From Priapulus caudatus (taxonomy: Eukaryota): a stretch of DNA of 64,000 nt. Location: the NCBI RefSeq assembly GCF_000485595.1, contig NW_014577068.1:1221761-1285760 (forward strand), in the 5' to 3' direction. How positions within the stretch are numbered: position 1 is the first letter of the stretch; each line of letters starts with the position of its first letter. Under the pieces are notes generated by a model. That model was not told the origin of the DNA, ran no database searches, and was given only the letters and a program-made list of their open reading frames with translations. Positions 1 to 25,253 of this stretch are shown here, one piece after another. The position numbers were made by a program, and so were the translations under genes.

Positions 1-228
1 CACGCACGCACGCGCGCGCGCGCACTATATTTTATCATTGTACAAGGCGATACTAAACGTAAAAGCCATAGCAACTAGTAAATGCAACTGACGTACACAT
101 GCGCACGCACACACGCACGCACGCACGCACGCACGCGCGCGCGCGCGCACTATATTTTATCATTGTACAAGGCGATACTAAACGTAAAAGCCATAGCAAC
201 TAGTAAATGCAACTGACGTACACATGCG
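1..228. repeat. Tandem duplication, ~125-bp period
   Basis: The block cactatattttatcattgtacaaggcg...actgacgtacacatgcg occurs at ~23-103 and again at ~148-228, separated by a (cacg/cg)n tract. Confidence 0.85.
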
Positions 229-1363
229 AGAAAACGCGAATACTAAATCATAAAACATAACCACATTAGGATGCTAAAATAGTCGATAAAACGACAAATT
301 CCACTGAGGAAATGCGTTGCTGTGGTTAACAACCATATGCGTGCAAGTTGCAAACACACGAAAATAAAAGGAGGCATGTGATGGAGTCATTAACAGTGAC
401 TGATATAAGTGTATAAAACAATTACAGCAAATAAAATGCAAAGAAGATAATATCTTCTTTGCTTTATATATTATATAAACATGTATAAGGATCAGTTGCA
501 AAAGTGCTACAAGTAACATACGGAGAACGTCGCGAGAAGAATACAGTAGCAGCTGAGCTGATGGTTCATAGAAGCACAGCCCAGCGCGCGTGTGCTCGGG
601 TGGGGGGGGGCGGTCAACGGCACATCGTACATCCGGACCTGACCACGACCTTAGGAGCATCTTTAGTTTTGCGGTCTATAATCTGGCAGATGTTGAGGGT
701 AGTCGATTTCATAGCCAAGCGCCGTGATACCGAAACGATTTCTTGCCACGAGCTATTGATTTATAGTCGAGTAGAGCAAGAGAGTTTTTATTTCGAAGGT
801 TATTAGGGGTGCATGAGTATTTGAAAAGACTCTTTTCAAGGTTAGGCTTTGCCCATGTATAGCCCCGTATAGCGTTGTACAGTTCTGTAGCGATGGTCTT
901 AACTCGCCCCAGTCCTAAGCTAAGAAGATTGGTATGGGCTAGAAGAAGACCTTCGTAGGTTATATTACCTTCGTAGGTTAAAGTGAGAACATATGGCAGA
1001 CCTTATATATGCGGGTAGCAAACATGCATATAACAATTGTAAATTCGGTAACCATTACAATATAATTTACTGCAAGAAATATATTCATTGAGCCTATACC
1101 ATTTCTAATTCTTAATTATCTAATTCATCCTAATTCTTCCTAATTATTAAACTTACATGTGGTTTAATTGAAATGGTAAAGAAGTTTTATTTCTTGAAAT
1201 CGTTTTACTCATGCAGTCGTGTCCCGTTATTTAATTGCATCCCTATCTCCTTACTAATTTTTTTTATCTAGACCAGAGTATGTAAAGTCTTAGTCGAGGG
1301 GCGAGTGTTAAATTGTGCAGAGTGGCACCTGTCGCCTACGGCTTCACACTCTCTGCCTAGGCA

Positions 1364-1710
1364 TGTATCTTGTATCTTGTATCTTAGCACCCTCTCTTGT
1401 ATTTCACAAAGCACCCGAATCTACGAGTGCGGGGATTATCTAGAAAACAAAGGGATAAACGTCGCCTCTAATTCTCTAAATGTTAGTGTCACGAATCGCC
1501 AGAATTTTCCGTACATAATCTAATGCTGGTTTTAATATTCCATGGCTGTCCCTTCTCCCGTTATCTATTTGTTGTCCCTCCTTATATTTTTCATAACTAT
1601 CACAATTATATAAATGTTCCATATCTTCTTTAATATCCTTATTACATCTATTACACTTATCGTTGCTAAAATTATTTTTAAAGTATCCTTTTAGGTCAAT
1701 CATGCAAGTT
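1364..1710 (-). mobile_element. 3' end of a non-LTR retrotransposon (ORF2 C-terminal Cys/His knuckle plus (AAGATAC)n tail)
   Basis: ORF 1476-1703(-) reads MIDLKGYFKNNFSNDKCNRCNKDIKEDMEHLYNC (CxxC...EH...C, typical of LINE ORF2 C-termini). The minus strand ends in aagatac repeats at ~1364-1385. Confidence 0.7.
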
Positions 1711-1814
1711 TTGCATTTAAATGCAGGCTTGGCCTGGCCCTGCTGATAATTATGGGCACATACTACGTCATATCGGGACTAGTACGTACTACTTGCCAAA
1801 ACCAAAGTGGGGGA

Positions 1815-3010
1815 AGAAGGGATTTAGCACAACAGACCACTTATTTGTACTAAGAGGCATTATTGATAAACACAGGGAACAAAAGAAAAACATCACTTTA
1901 TTATTTGTAGATATCCAAAAATGTTTTGATAGTCTATGGTTAAAAGATGCAATGGTAGAATTATGATATAGAGGACTGAATGGTGGGAATTAATTTTTGG
2001 AATTAATTTTCCATGCTGGGAATTAATTTTTAAAATGAACGAAAAAGCAATAATTAACTTAGAAAAACCAGTAGGAAAAACGGATAATTTCATAACAAAA
2101 GAAATAGTTAAACAAGGAACTATATTATTAGAACCAGTCCTATGCTGCATGACTCTGGACTGTTTAAATGACCTAAATAATGTGAAATACATGTATAGTG
2201 ACACAATAGAAATCGGACCTTTACTATATATGGACGATATTTTAGGAATTGGAGATCATAAAACAATTACAAAAATCGCTCACTCATGCTACAGATTAGC
2301 ACAATCAAAAAGATTAGAATTTAATTTAAAAAAAACAAACACGATGGTCATGAAATTCTCAAATAAAAAAAAGGATAGAGAAAGATATATTAATAGGAAA
2401 TCAGGTAATTAAAAAATGTACTAAATATTCATATCTAGGTGATCTAATTAATGACAAAGGGGGTTTAAGGACATGATCATGATAAAAGCACGGTCCGATA
2501 AATGTAGATTCATGATGAGAGAAATATAGTAACAGGGACAGAGGAGAAAAATTATGGTAACCATACCATAGAAGCAAGAGTTAAATTATATGAATGTACA
2601 TTAATACCTTCCTTACTGAACAACAGTGAAACATGGACCAACATAACTAAGGAAGAATTTAAAATGTTAGAAGACTCCCAAAATGAATACCTACGTAAAA
2701 TAATAAAAGCTCATAGTAAAACACCATTAGAAGCACTAAGGATAGAGTTGGGAATTTTACCAATAACTGATAAAATAGCATACAAAAAACTTATGCTACT
2801 TCAATACATAATTAAGTTAGATAACAATAGATTAATAAAGAAAGTATTTATACAGCAGATCAAAGAGGAAGGAAGAAACTGGGGAAATGAAATCTTAATA
2901 ATCCTAGAGGAGTACGAACTAGAAATCTCATTTACAGCCATAGGATTAAAACCAAAAAGAGCCTGGAAAAAAACAAGTCAAAGATGCCATACTAAAACGA
3001 GTAATTAAAA
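1815..3010 (+). mobile_element. Degenerate LINE reverse transcriptase fragment
   Basis: Broken ORFs carry non-LTR RT motifs GF-STTDHLFVLR, FVDIQKCFDSL, VKQGTIL, LLYMDD, FNLKKT and TPLEALRIELG. Several frameshifts and stops. Confidence 0.85.
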
Positions 3011-3027
3011 GAGACAAATTGAAAACT

Positions 3028-3300
3028 GCCATTGATTGAAGTAACAGGGGAGCTGGAGGCAACAATTGTTTCAGCATAGTACTAATCACTACTAAAATGT
3101 AGGGGTGGGCATTGCTGGACTATGAGAGAGCGACAGCAAAACTCTTTCCTGGAATTGAGAAAAAAGCTACAATCGGAATGACACACGCGTGTGCCGCACG
3201 CAAAAATAAAACATGTGAATTTCATTACGATTTTCCATGAATTACCGTTCTATAATCCTACAGGTCGTGGTCCTAACGGATCTAACGTAGGCACGCCCGT
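3028..3300. repeat. Dispersed repeat, copy 1 (copy 2 at ~5097-5364)
   Basis: cattgattgaagta...caacaattgtttcagc...ccgttctataatcct is shared with indels between ~3028-3300 and ~5097-5364. Confidence 0.7.
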
Positions 3301-4185
3301 AGGCATACCCGCACACGGACAGGACACGCACAGACACACACCATAGGCACCACGCAGCACGCACGCAGGCACACACGCACGCACACCCAGCACGCATATA
3401 GTACGTCGCGCATGAATCAGAGCATGTCACTTAGTCAATGTGTATGTCATGATGGCCCCAGCCAGGCGATGCTTTTAAACTTGACCTGACGTCGCGGTAA
3501 AAAATGAAAATGAAAGAAAAATCAGGTGGAAAAACAAAAATATGAACAGAAGAGAAAAATGGGTTAAACTACACATAATACCAATAATCATATTTTCGGA
3601 CAAGTGAGATTAACATTCGGCAAAGTGAAATTCAACCACAACTTGCCCAAATGGCAAGTGGGTTGAAAAATTAATGTCAGGCCCTGTTAGGGTTTAGGGA
3701 GTAAGCGTAGGCGACCCCTATGACTCGTTAGAGAGTAGCCAGTATACAGTCCGGCATATAGATAATACCAAGGTAACCAGGGTAACGTTCCGGTAGTACC
3801 GACCAAACCCAGGGTACGTTCCGGCATAGTCTCTAGTATAATTACATAGCCCGAGCCGGTCCCAGCGCCCCCCAGCTCCATAACACCCTAGTAACTATGC
3901 GCCAGCCCGCGTTCATTCTACTGCCGCAGGGGGCCGCAGGGTCTAAATAGAACAGAAACATTTTCCCAAACTGATTTGCAGATGCAGCTGCAAACAGCTT
4001 CATGCACGTTAGGTCCCTCCGCCCGACTGGTTCAATGCACCCACCAACTACACCAAAGACAGAAAAAAATGGCTCTCTAGAAAACGCTAACAATGAATCG
4101 GGCTTTTTAAACAACGTATATTTATCTATCATGGACATCTGCACCTATCTTTGTTGAAACACTTTTCCACACGAACTTTACAAAC

Positions 4186-4417
4186 CATGTATTTATCCAT
4201 TTATTCCTCAAAGTAAACACTACTGGCAATTCATTTTGAAATGATGTGAGCGGAGCATGCGTGACGTCAACCGTATTGTATATGCATGCACCATAGCTGC
4301 CTTGTGTTTTGGCCTACAATATGCCGGTGACGTCAACGCGTGCGCTCACCAATCAATTTCAAAAATGAAATTGCCAATAGTAACTTACTTTGAGGAATAA
4401 ATGGATAGAATACATGG
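4186..4417. mobile_element. Foldback MITE with ~95-bp imperfect inverted arms
   Basis: ccatgtatttatccatttattcctcaaagt...tgacgtca pairs with tgacgtca...actttgaggaataaatggatagaatacatgg. Confidence 0.7.
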
Positions 4418-4889
4418 TGGCATGTGAAAATTAATTTTTTCTTTCCGGGACATCTTTTTGCAAACCCCCTGCCTGCCCAAAATTTCGGGGGCTACTTTTT
4501 TTCATTTCCTAGGGCTCTTTTCCACTTTCCAGGGACGACTTTTTCGCAAGGGCTGTTCCCAAATGTACACACAAGACACAGTAGGCAATCACACACTCGC
4601 GGGGCGCGCACACCACGCACACACACGCACACGCACGCACGCAGCGCCACGCACGCACGCCCACGCACGCACGCACCACGCCACGCACGCACGCAACGCA
4701 CACACACACACAACACACACAGCCACACACACACACACACACAGACACAACAGTCATATTCAAGTACAGTGTATTCATTCATGACTGACAGACTAACATG
4801 ATAATCAGCAAATCTCACAAGTCACAACCACAAATGCACCTTGAATACACCACACCTTGAATACATCACAGGTTCAGCTAAACACAGAA

Positions 4890-5097
4890 CTATTACGGCT
4901 AGCCAAATATTGGAATGTCCGCCTGTACGAGCTAGGAGGATCGATTGTTTATACGCTGAAGTTTCATTGGCGGCCTGGGGTTCCAAGGCCCGCGTAAAGG
5001 CCCTGGAAGCTCAGGGGTTTTGAGAAAGCGGCCCGCAGAGGCACGTGTGAATGGCTGTGCACATCGACGCTGCGTACCGTGCCTGCTGCAGGGGCGG
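4890..5097. repeat. Dispersed repeat, inverted copy at ~8914-9128
   Basis: ttacggctagc...gaggatcgattgtttata...gggttttgagaaagcggcccgc is the reverse complement of gcgggccgctttctcaaacccc...tataaacaatcgatcctc...gctagccgtaa. Confidence 0.75.
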
Positions 5098-5389
5098 CAT
5101 TGATTGAAGTATGGGGGGGCAACGATTGTTTCAGCGTGGTACTAATCACTAACTAAAATGTAGAGGGTTGGCATTGCTGGACATATAGAGAGCGGCAGCA
5201 AAAAATCTTCGGGAATTTGACAAAAAAACATACAATCGGAATGACACAACCGAGTGTGCGCCAGGGAAAAAATATACGTGTGAAATTTCATTAGGATTTT
5301 CTATGGATACCGTTCTATAATCCTAGCGGGTCGTTGGTCTACAGGGTCTTACGTAGGCGACGCCNNNNNNNNNNNNNNNNNNNNNNNNN

Positions 5390-7198
5390 GAAGAAGGGAG
5401 AAGGTGGTGGCAGGAGGGGCGAGTAAGCTGAGGTGGCGAAGGAGGAGGGCGCAGAATGCTGCTGGTGGAGTGCGGTGGGAAGGGGAGAAGAGGGAGAGAA
5501 GCGAAGGTATCGGAGCGAGAACGGGGGGAGAAAAGGCGCATGCGGTCAGCTGGGAGGGGCGGTCGAGAGAAGAGAGAACTCGCTGGTTGGAGAAGGAGGG
5601 GGGAGAAAAGCTGCGTGGAAAAGCGAGGAGGGGAGAAATGGGAGAAGGTGGTGAAGCAAGGAGGCAGCGAGAGAATGCTGGTGGTCGGAAAAGGAGGGGG
5701 AAGGAAGAAGTTGGTGGAGGAGCGGGTTGAGAAGGGAGAAGGGGGTGGAGGAGGGAGAGAGAAGCTGGACGTGGAGAAGGAGGAAGGAGGAAGGGAGCGG
5801 GCCAAAGAAGGCTATGCTGCGTGGATGAGGAGGGGGCGGAAGGAGAGAAGGGGCAAAATGGAAGGGGAGGAAGGAGGGAGACGAAAGGAGAAGTGGTGGA
5901 AGAGGTGGTCTGAGAGCTTGTTGGAGAAAGGAGGAAGGGGGCAGAAGAAGAAGGTGGTGGAGAAGGCAGGGGGAGAAGCTGGTGCGCGTAAGGCGAGAGG
6001 GGTGAGAAGAGTTGGTGAGAACGAGGAAGGGGGAGAGGAGCGAAGGAGGAAGCTTGGTGGAGCAAGGAGGAATGGGAGAAGGAGAAGGGACGGAAGAAGT
6101 ATAGTGGTGGAGAAGGATGGAGCGGGAGAAGCTGGTGGATGAAGGAGGAGGGGGAGAAGGCGAGAAGGTGGTGGGGAGGAATGGAGGGGAGAAGCTGGTG
6201 AGAAGGAGGACGGGGGAGAGCGCGAGAAAGCGTGTTGGAGATAAGGAGGGGAGAAGCTGCGTCGAGCTCCTGCCTTCCGTTCTCCTTCCTCACCAGCTTC
6301 CCTCTCCCCTTCTCCCCCGTCCTTCTTCTCTACCAGCTTCTCCCCTCTTCTTCCCCCTCCTCCTCCCCTTTGACTCGCATCCCTTCTTCCCCTTTTCCAT
6401 CCCTCCGTCCTCTCCCTGAACTCTCAACACCTTCTCCTCTAGTCGTCCCCCCCCTACTCCATCATCTTCTCCCCCCTTTCTCCTCACTCTTCTCCACTCC
6501 TCCTGCCTTCCCCCTCCATCACCCTTCTCCTCTCCTCCTCCTCCTCCTCCATCACTTTCTCCTCCTCCTCCTCCCTCCTCCATCACCTTCTCTCCTCCTA
6601 CTCCTCCTCCTCCGCCTCCTCCATCACCTTCTCTCCTCCTCCTCCTCCCTCCTCCATCACCTTCTCTCCTCCTCCTCCAGCCATCACCTTCCCCCCTCCT
6701 CCATCAACATTCCCCTCCTCCTCCTCCTTCCTCCTCCATCCCTTCTCTCCATCCTCCTCCCTTCCTCCATCACTTTCTCTCCCTCCTCCTTCCTCCATCA
6801 CCTTCCCCCTCCTCCTTCCCTCCTCATCACGTCTCCTCTCCTCCTCCTCCCTCCTCCATCACCTTCTCTCCTCCTCCTCCTCATTCCTCCTCCTCCCTCC
6901 TCCATCACCTTCCCCTTCCTCCTCCTCCTCCCTCCTCCATCACCTTCTCTCCTCCTCCTCCTCCTCCTCCCTTCTCCTCTCCTCCTCCTCCTCCTCCTCC
7001 CTCCTCCATCACCTTCTCTCCTCCTCCTCCTCCCTCCTCCATCACCTTCTCTCCTCCCTTCCTCACTCTCCTCCTCCTCCTCCATGCTCATACCTTCTCT
7101 CTCCTGCCTCCTCCTTCCTCCTCCTCCTCCTCCACCTTCTCTCCTCCTCCTCCTCCTCCTCCTCCTCCATCACCTTCTCTCTTCCTCCTCCTCATCCT
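5390..7198. repeat. Purine/pyrimidine low-complexity satellite, strand switch at ~6265
   Basis: GA-rich (gaaggtggtggag) 5390-~6260, then CT-rich (ctcctccatcaccttct) ~6270-7198. Confidence 0.9.
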
Positions 7199-7204
7199 AA
7201 CCCT

Positions 7205-7645
7205 CCTATGGGCAGCCGGGTTAAGATATAATGTGCGCGAACAATTCCAGACCGGTCTGTGATTACCCCAGTCTGAATTTATCCCACTTTATGGGCACAC
7301 AGATATAAATTTCGCGGGGTAATTCAGACTGGGGGTAATCTCAGACCGTGACACGCGTCTGAGATTACCCCGAGTCTGAATTTAGCCCACCTATGGGCAA
7401 CACAGGTCACAGGATATTAATTTGCAGGCGGTAATTATCAGACTGGGGGTAATCTGCTCAGCACCGTGACACCGGTTTCTGAGACATTACCCCAGTCTGA
7501 ATTTACCCACCTACTGCCAGACTATCGTCAGACTGTGGCCGCGGCAGTCTCATATCCAGCGCCTACTGCGCATGCGTCACGGCATGCGCACGAGGTGCAG
7601 GGTATTTTCAGACTGGGGCGCAATTCTCAGACCTGACCACCGGCA
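7205..7645. repeat. Degenerate array of head-to-head inverted units (ggtctgagattacccccagtctga / tcagactgggggtaatctcagacc)
   Basis: The motif alternates in orientation at least three times, resembling transposon subterminal repeats. Confidence 0.6.
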
Positions 7646-8274
7646 GTACCCCGGGGGACATAGACCCTCTCAGCGATAGTGATAGTCATAGCTCTGGAGA
7701 AATAAACTGTATAGCATTATCATTGTATGTAATTGTAGCTCACACTCATAGTCATAGTCATAGTATATGATTATCTGAACATATAAATAATATTATTATC
7801 AGAACACGAATAACCGAATTTTATCAAAAACACAAGACATCCTCAGCTAAAGTTGACTTTAATTACCAACAGGTGTTCGAACGGCTGACACAATAACAAC
7901 TTCGCTCATCTTCGTCGTGTTGTGTGGACTGCTACGGAATGTATTGGGTGTGCGCACTAACACGGTTACCACCTGTTCCCTTGCAATCTTTCAACCAACC
8001 CTTGCATCACAGATCTCTCACATGGGAAGGAAATAACATCAGCTGATCTTGGAATAAATAGCGTGATTTTTATGCGGGCGTCCTAAACGCGACACTAGCG
8101 CCGACCAACGGCCGGTAATATCACCGAAAATTCTATTACTATAATTTGATATTATTTTCTCCCAATAGTAAGAGTACATATGTGCATATATGCACGTGTA
8201 GATAATTTATAGTTATATGCACATGACTATATGTAAATACGATTTTTTTACTCAAATAACGCAAACTATATGAC

Positions 8275-8483
8275 CAGGAGTAGATAATAGAAGACTATTA
8301 TCTACGGTGTTGGCAGAAAGATGCGATATGATATGACTACTGATTTAATTAAATTTTTTTTTTTTAGGGTTAGGTTTAGGGTTAGGGTTTTTTTTTTTAG
8401 TGCCTAGTTAGTCAATCCTAAGTGCCTAGTAGTCATATCATATCGCCATCTATCTGCCGCGGCGCTGCATTATCTACTCCTTG
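8275..8483. mobile_element. MITE-like element with inverted arms and internal ttaggg repeats
   Basis: ggagtagataat...gcgatatgatatgactact pairs with agtagtcatatcatatcgc...attatctactcc. Confidence 0.6.
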
Positions 8484-8819
8484 TATCTTGGCGCCCTCTC
8501 TTGTATTTCACAAGGCACCCGAATCAACGAGTGCGGGGATTATCTAGAAAACAAAGGCTAAACGTCGCCTCTAATTCTCTAAATGTTAGTTCACGAATCG
8601 CCAGAATTTTCCGTAGGCCTACATATTCTAACGCTGGTTATTCCATGGCTATCCCTTTTCCAGTTATCTATTTGTTGTCCCTCCTTATATATTTCATAAC
8701 TATCACACTTATATTAAATGTTCCATATCTTCTTTCATATCCTTATTACATCTATTACGTACACTAGCTTATCATTGCTAAAATTATTTTTAAAGTATCC
8801 TTTTAGATCAATCATGCAA
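8481..8819 (-). mobile_element. Second copy of the LINE 3'-end fragment at 1364-1710
   Basis: High similarity from ttgtatctt to tcaatcatgcaa; stops at the same point as the first copy. Confidence 0.75.
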
Positions 8820-9251
8820 TCCACAACACGAATCGGTAAATGATAATTTTTTCATATATATTCCTTCAATCCGTATGTTTCAATGTTTATATGTTCAGTT
8901 TTTGTTTTGCCTTAGCCCCTGCCAGCAGCCAGCGTCAATGTGCATAGCGGCGTGCCTCGCGGGCCGCTTTCTCAAACCCCCTGAGCAGCATCCAGGGCCC
9001 TTACGCGGGCCCTGGACCCCGGCCGCAAGAGACTTCGCGCTTCGCACTCGTGGTTCACATTGTACTATAAACAATCGATCCTCGCTCGTAGACAGACAGA
9101 CACTCCACTATTTGTGCTAGCCGTAATACACTGTTTCACGTGCGTATGTACTACAGTTGCCCGATCGGGCAAGTTAGACCCACGTTGCACTTGCCCGAAC
9201 GTCCATTCCACTTGCCCCGGGCAATCGGGCAGTCCTTAATGTCAGGCCCTG

Positions 9252-9294
9252 CCTAACCCTAACACTAACCCTAACCCTAACCCTAACCCTAACC
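9252..9294. repeat. Short interstitial (CCCTAA)n tract beside a cagggcctgacatt-type transposon end
   Basis: cctaaccctaacactaaccctaaccctaaccctaaccctaacc follows ttaatgtcaggccctg. The same end precedes ttagggtttaggg at ~3671-3700. Confidence 0.6.
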
Positions 9295-10108
9295 ATATCA
9301 AATAGTTACCAGGGTACGTTCCGGCAGTACCCTGGGTGACATAGACCCTATGAGCATCAGATTATCCCAAATAGTTCAATCCTACTGACTCGGTTACGGT
9401 ACTGACACTGTGTGACCCCGTACTATAAATCATCATAATCAACTCGAAAGTAGGGTTAAGCCATTACAAAGTAGGGTAATAAGATGCATTAATTAGTATT
9501 GTTAAACTGGATCCACATACATGCATTTACATCATCATCACCATAACTTTACCATAAAGGTAGAGGGTCTGGGATTCTCAAAGAGCTAGCTGTACCAGAT
9601 GCCTGATCTTGCCATCTTGGTTGGGGGAGCAAGTGGCTTTTTGACTATTATTTTACCAGGATGGGCCCTGCTTCTCGACTCCTAGCATTCACTATTGAGC
9701 TTATGAGGGATGTAAATTTGTGCATCATCAGTCTGTGATATTATTTATGCTATTATAATATTACTATATCATTCAGTGTTTCCCCTGCATTGACGTGAGC
9801 CACCTCACTAAAATTCTCAGCTGCCACACAGAAATTTGTCCAAAACACTGCCTCGTTGATGAAAATCACTGTTCTTCCATAGAACCAATCCACCATCCAT
9901 AGCTTATAATGCACAAAAATAGCTTAGGGTGCACCAAATTGCACCATTTTATCAACAACAAAAATCTTTTTTCAATTGTTCAAAATATGTTCCTCGCTTT
10001 GCTAGGACCTCGAAACGCGCAAACACACAAAAAATAATGTATCACCTCACAGACCTTTTTCACCAGGTGAAACACTGTCACTCATATCATTATAATGACA
10101 TGTTTCAG

Positions 10109-23543
<13,435 letters not shown>

Positions 23544-24322
23544 TGGTGGATTGTGCGAGCTTGCAGAAATTTGTGGTCACTGAGAGCTTGCGTGTGGCAT
23601 CATGGAGTGCTGTTGATATTACCCAGCTCACACAACCACACATGCATGTTTGTACAGTTACGCAAACCTTTTTTAATCACTCCTACTAGAATGAAATGGT
23701 ATGTGTGCATATAAATAAATAAATATATACAAATATATGTATATATATATATAATATTTATTTATTGACACATGCACTTTAATCTACCCACAGGGTTCTG
23801 GTTCTAGTAAACTGTGTACAGTAGTGCGTGATTTAACGTGGTGTTTGTGTAGAATATGAAGAACAAATGTGATATTGAACAATGGTATTACTTGGTATAT
23901 GACTGGTATTGTTACAGGAGTCTTGCTGCAGAATTTAATTGCCATGAAATGGTAGGGTAGAGTCTCTCTTTTTTTTCTCCCTCTCTCTATCTATCTCTCC
24001 CCTTCTCCCTCTCCCCCTTCCCTTTCTCCCCCTTTCTTCCTATCTCTTCCTTGCCCCCTCCTCACTCCATCTATGTCTCTATCTCTCATAGCGTGTATGT
24101 GTGTGTCTGTATCTCTCGTTTGAAATCATGTGTATGTGTACTTTTTTATCGAGTAGTGCAGTAAATTGTGATAATTTTAGCATTGTGCCTTTTATAACCT
24201 TGGTTAGATGACATAATCAATTACATAAACATTTGTACGAAATAATTGTTACTTGTATCTAAAGTTCATATAGCGTAACTGTTACTGTTATGATCAATGT
24301 AAAAATAATATAGCGATACTAC

Positions 24323-24486
24323 CAGGGAAAAAAATTTCTTTTTTTACGGGAGCTCTTTTTCAAAAGTCTGTGGAAAAAATAGCTCTCGGCAAAAAAATTT
24401 TACGGGAGCTATTTTGAGCCTCACGGGACCGATTTCGGAGGTTTGAAGAGTGAATCGCTCATCGCTCCCAGGTATTTTTTACCCTG
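24323..24486. mobile_element. hAT-type MITE
   Basis: Ends cagggaaaaaaa / tttttttaccctg with a perfect 8-bp target duplication gatactac (24315-24322 and 24487-24494). Confidence 0.8.
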
Positions 24487-25197
24487 GATACTACCTGAAA
24501 CAGTGGTCCCTGTTATGTGTGACAGCACTCGTTTGGTGGGATTACTAGGGCTGTAGTCTCGACTGGATTGTGCCAGAATGGAGGGGCAACTTTATGTAAC
24601 CCACCAAAAAATATTTTGTCCATACGTCTATCTATGTTCCCTCATAATTCCTCATTTGAGACAAAAGTTTACACACGTGGCTTGGACCTTGCCAGGGCTA
24701 TACGGCCCTGATACACTGCTGCTTGTAAATGTGAGGTGTCTGTCATTCATGTGGTGTCGGTCTGCCCTAGACATTACTCAACGTATATAAGTGTACATTG
24801 GAATTCATTGTTTATTGGTTCCATGAAATCACGAGGAATTGTAAAACGCCGAATTTCAATGCATGAATTTCAATGAGAAAACATTTCTTTCTACAAACAA
24901 AATTTGAAGAAAATTTATAGTGATATTACAGTTTAACGACTGTCGTATTTAAATTATATTGAAATAAACATGCAAAACACGTGAATTAAAACGGATAATA
25001 ATGAATAGTAATAATAAAGCAGTATATATTTTAAAAATATGTTCAATTCCTTTTATTTAAAGCTGTATCGTCTAGTATTTATTGCGAGCGTGAAGACACG
25101 AGCGCAACGTGCTCTGATACGTTAACGCCTCAGAAACGTTAAATTCAAACTGCAAAACAACGAAAATGCGTAGTGCCAGAGAACTTTTTACTGATCA

Positions 25198-25253
<56 letters not shown>

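Noticed and set aside
5323..7200. Long ORFs (up to 322 aa) in the GA/CT tract
   Set aside because: By-products of stop-poor low-complexity sequence, open in most frames.
9252..9294. Telomere or chromosome-fusion site
   Set aside because: Only ~7 imperfect units, associated with dispersed repeat ends.
7860..10100. First coding exon of ACAT2
   Set aside because: No convincing N-terminal thiolase motif (RTP-G) with a phase-1 donor was found; it may lie in a gap, in noisy sequence or outside the window.
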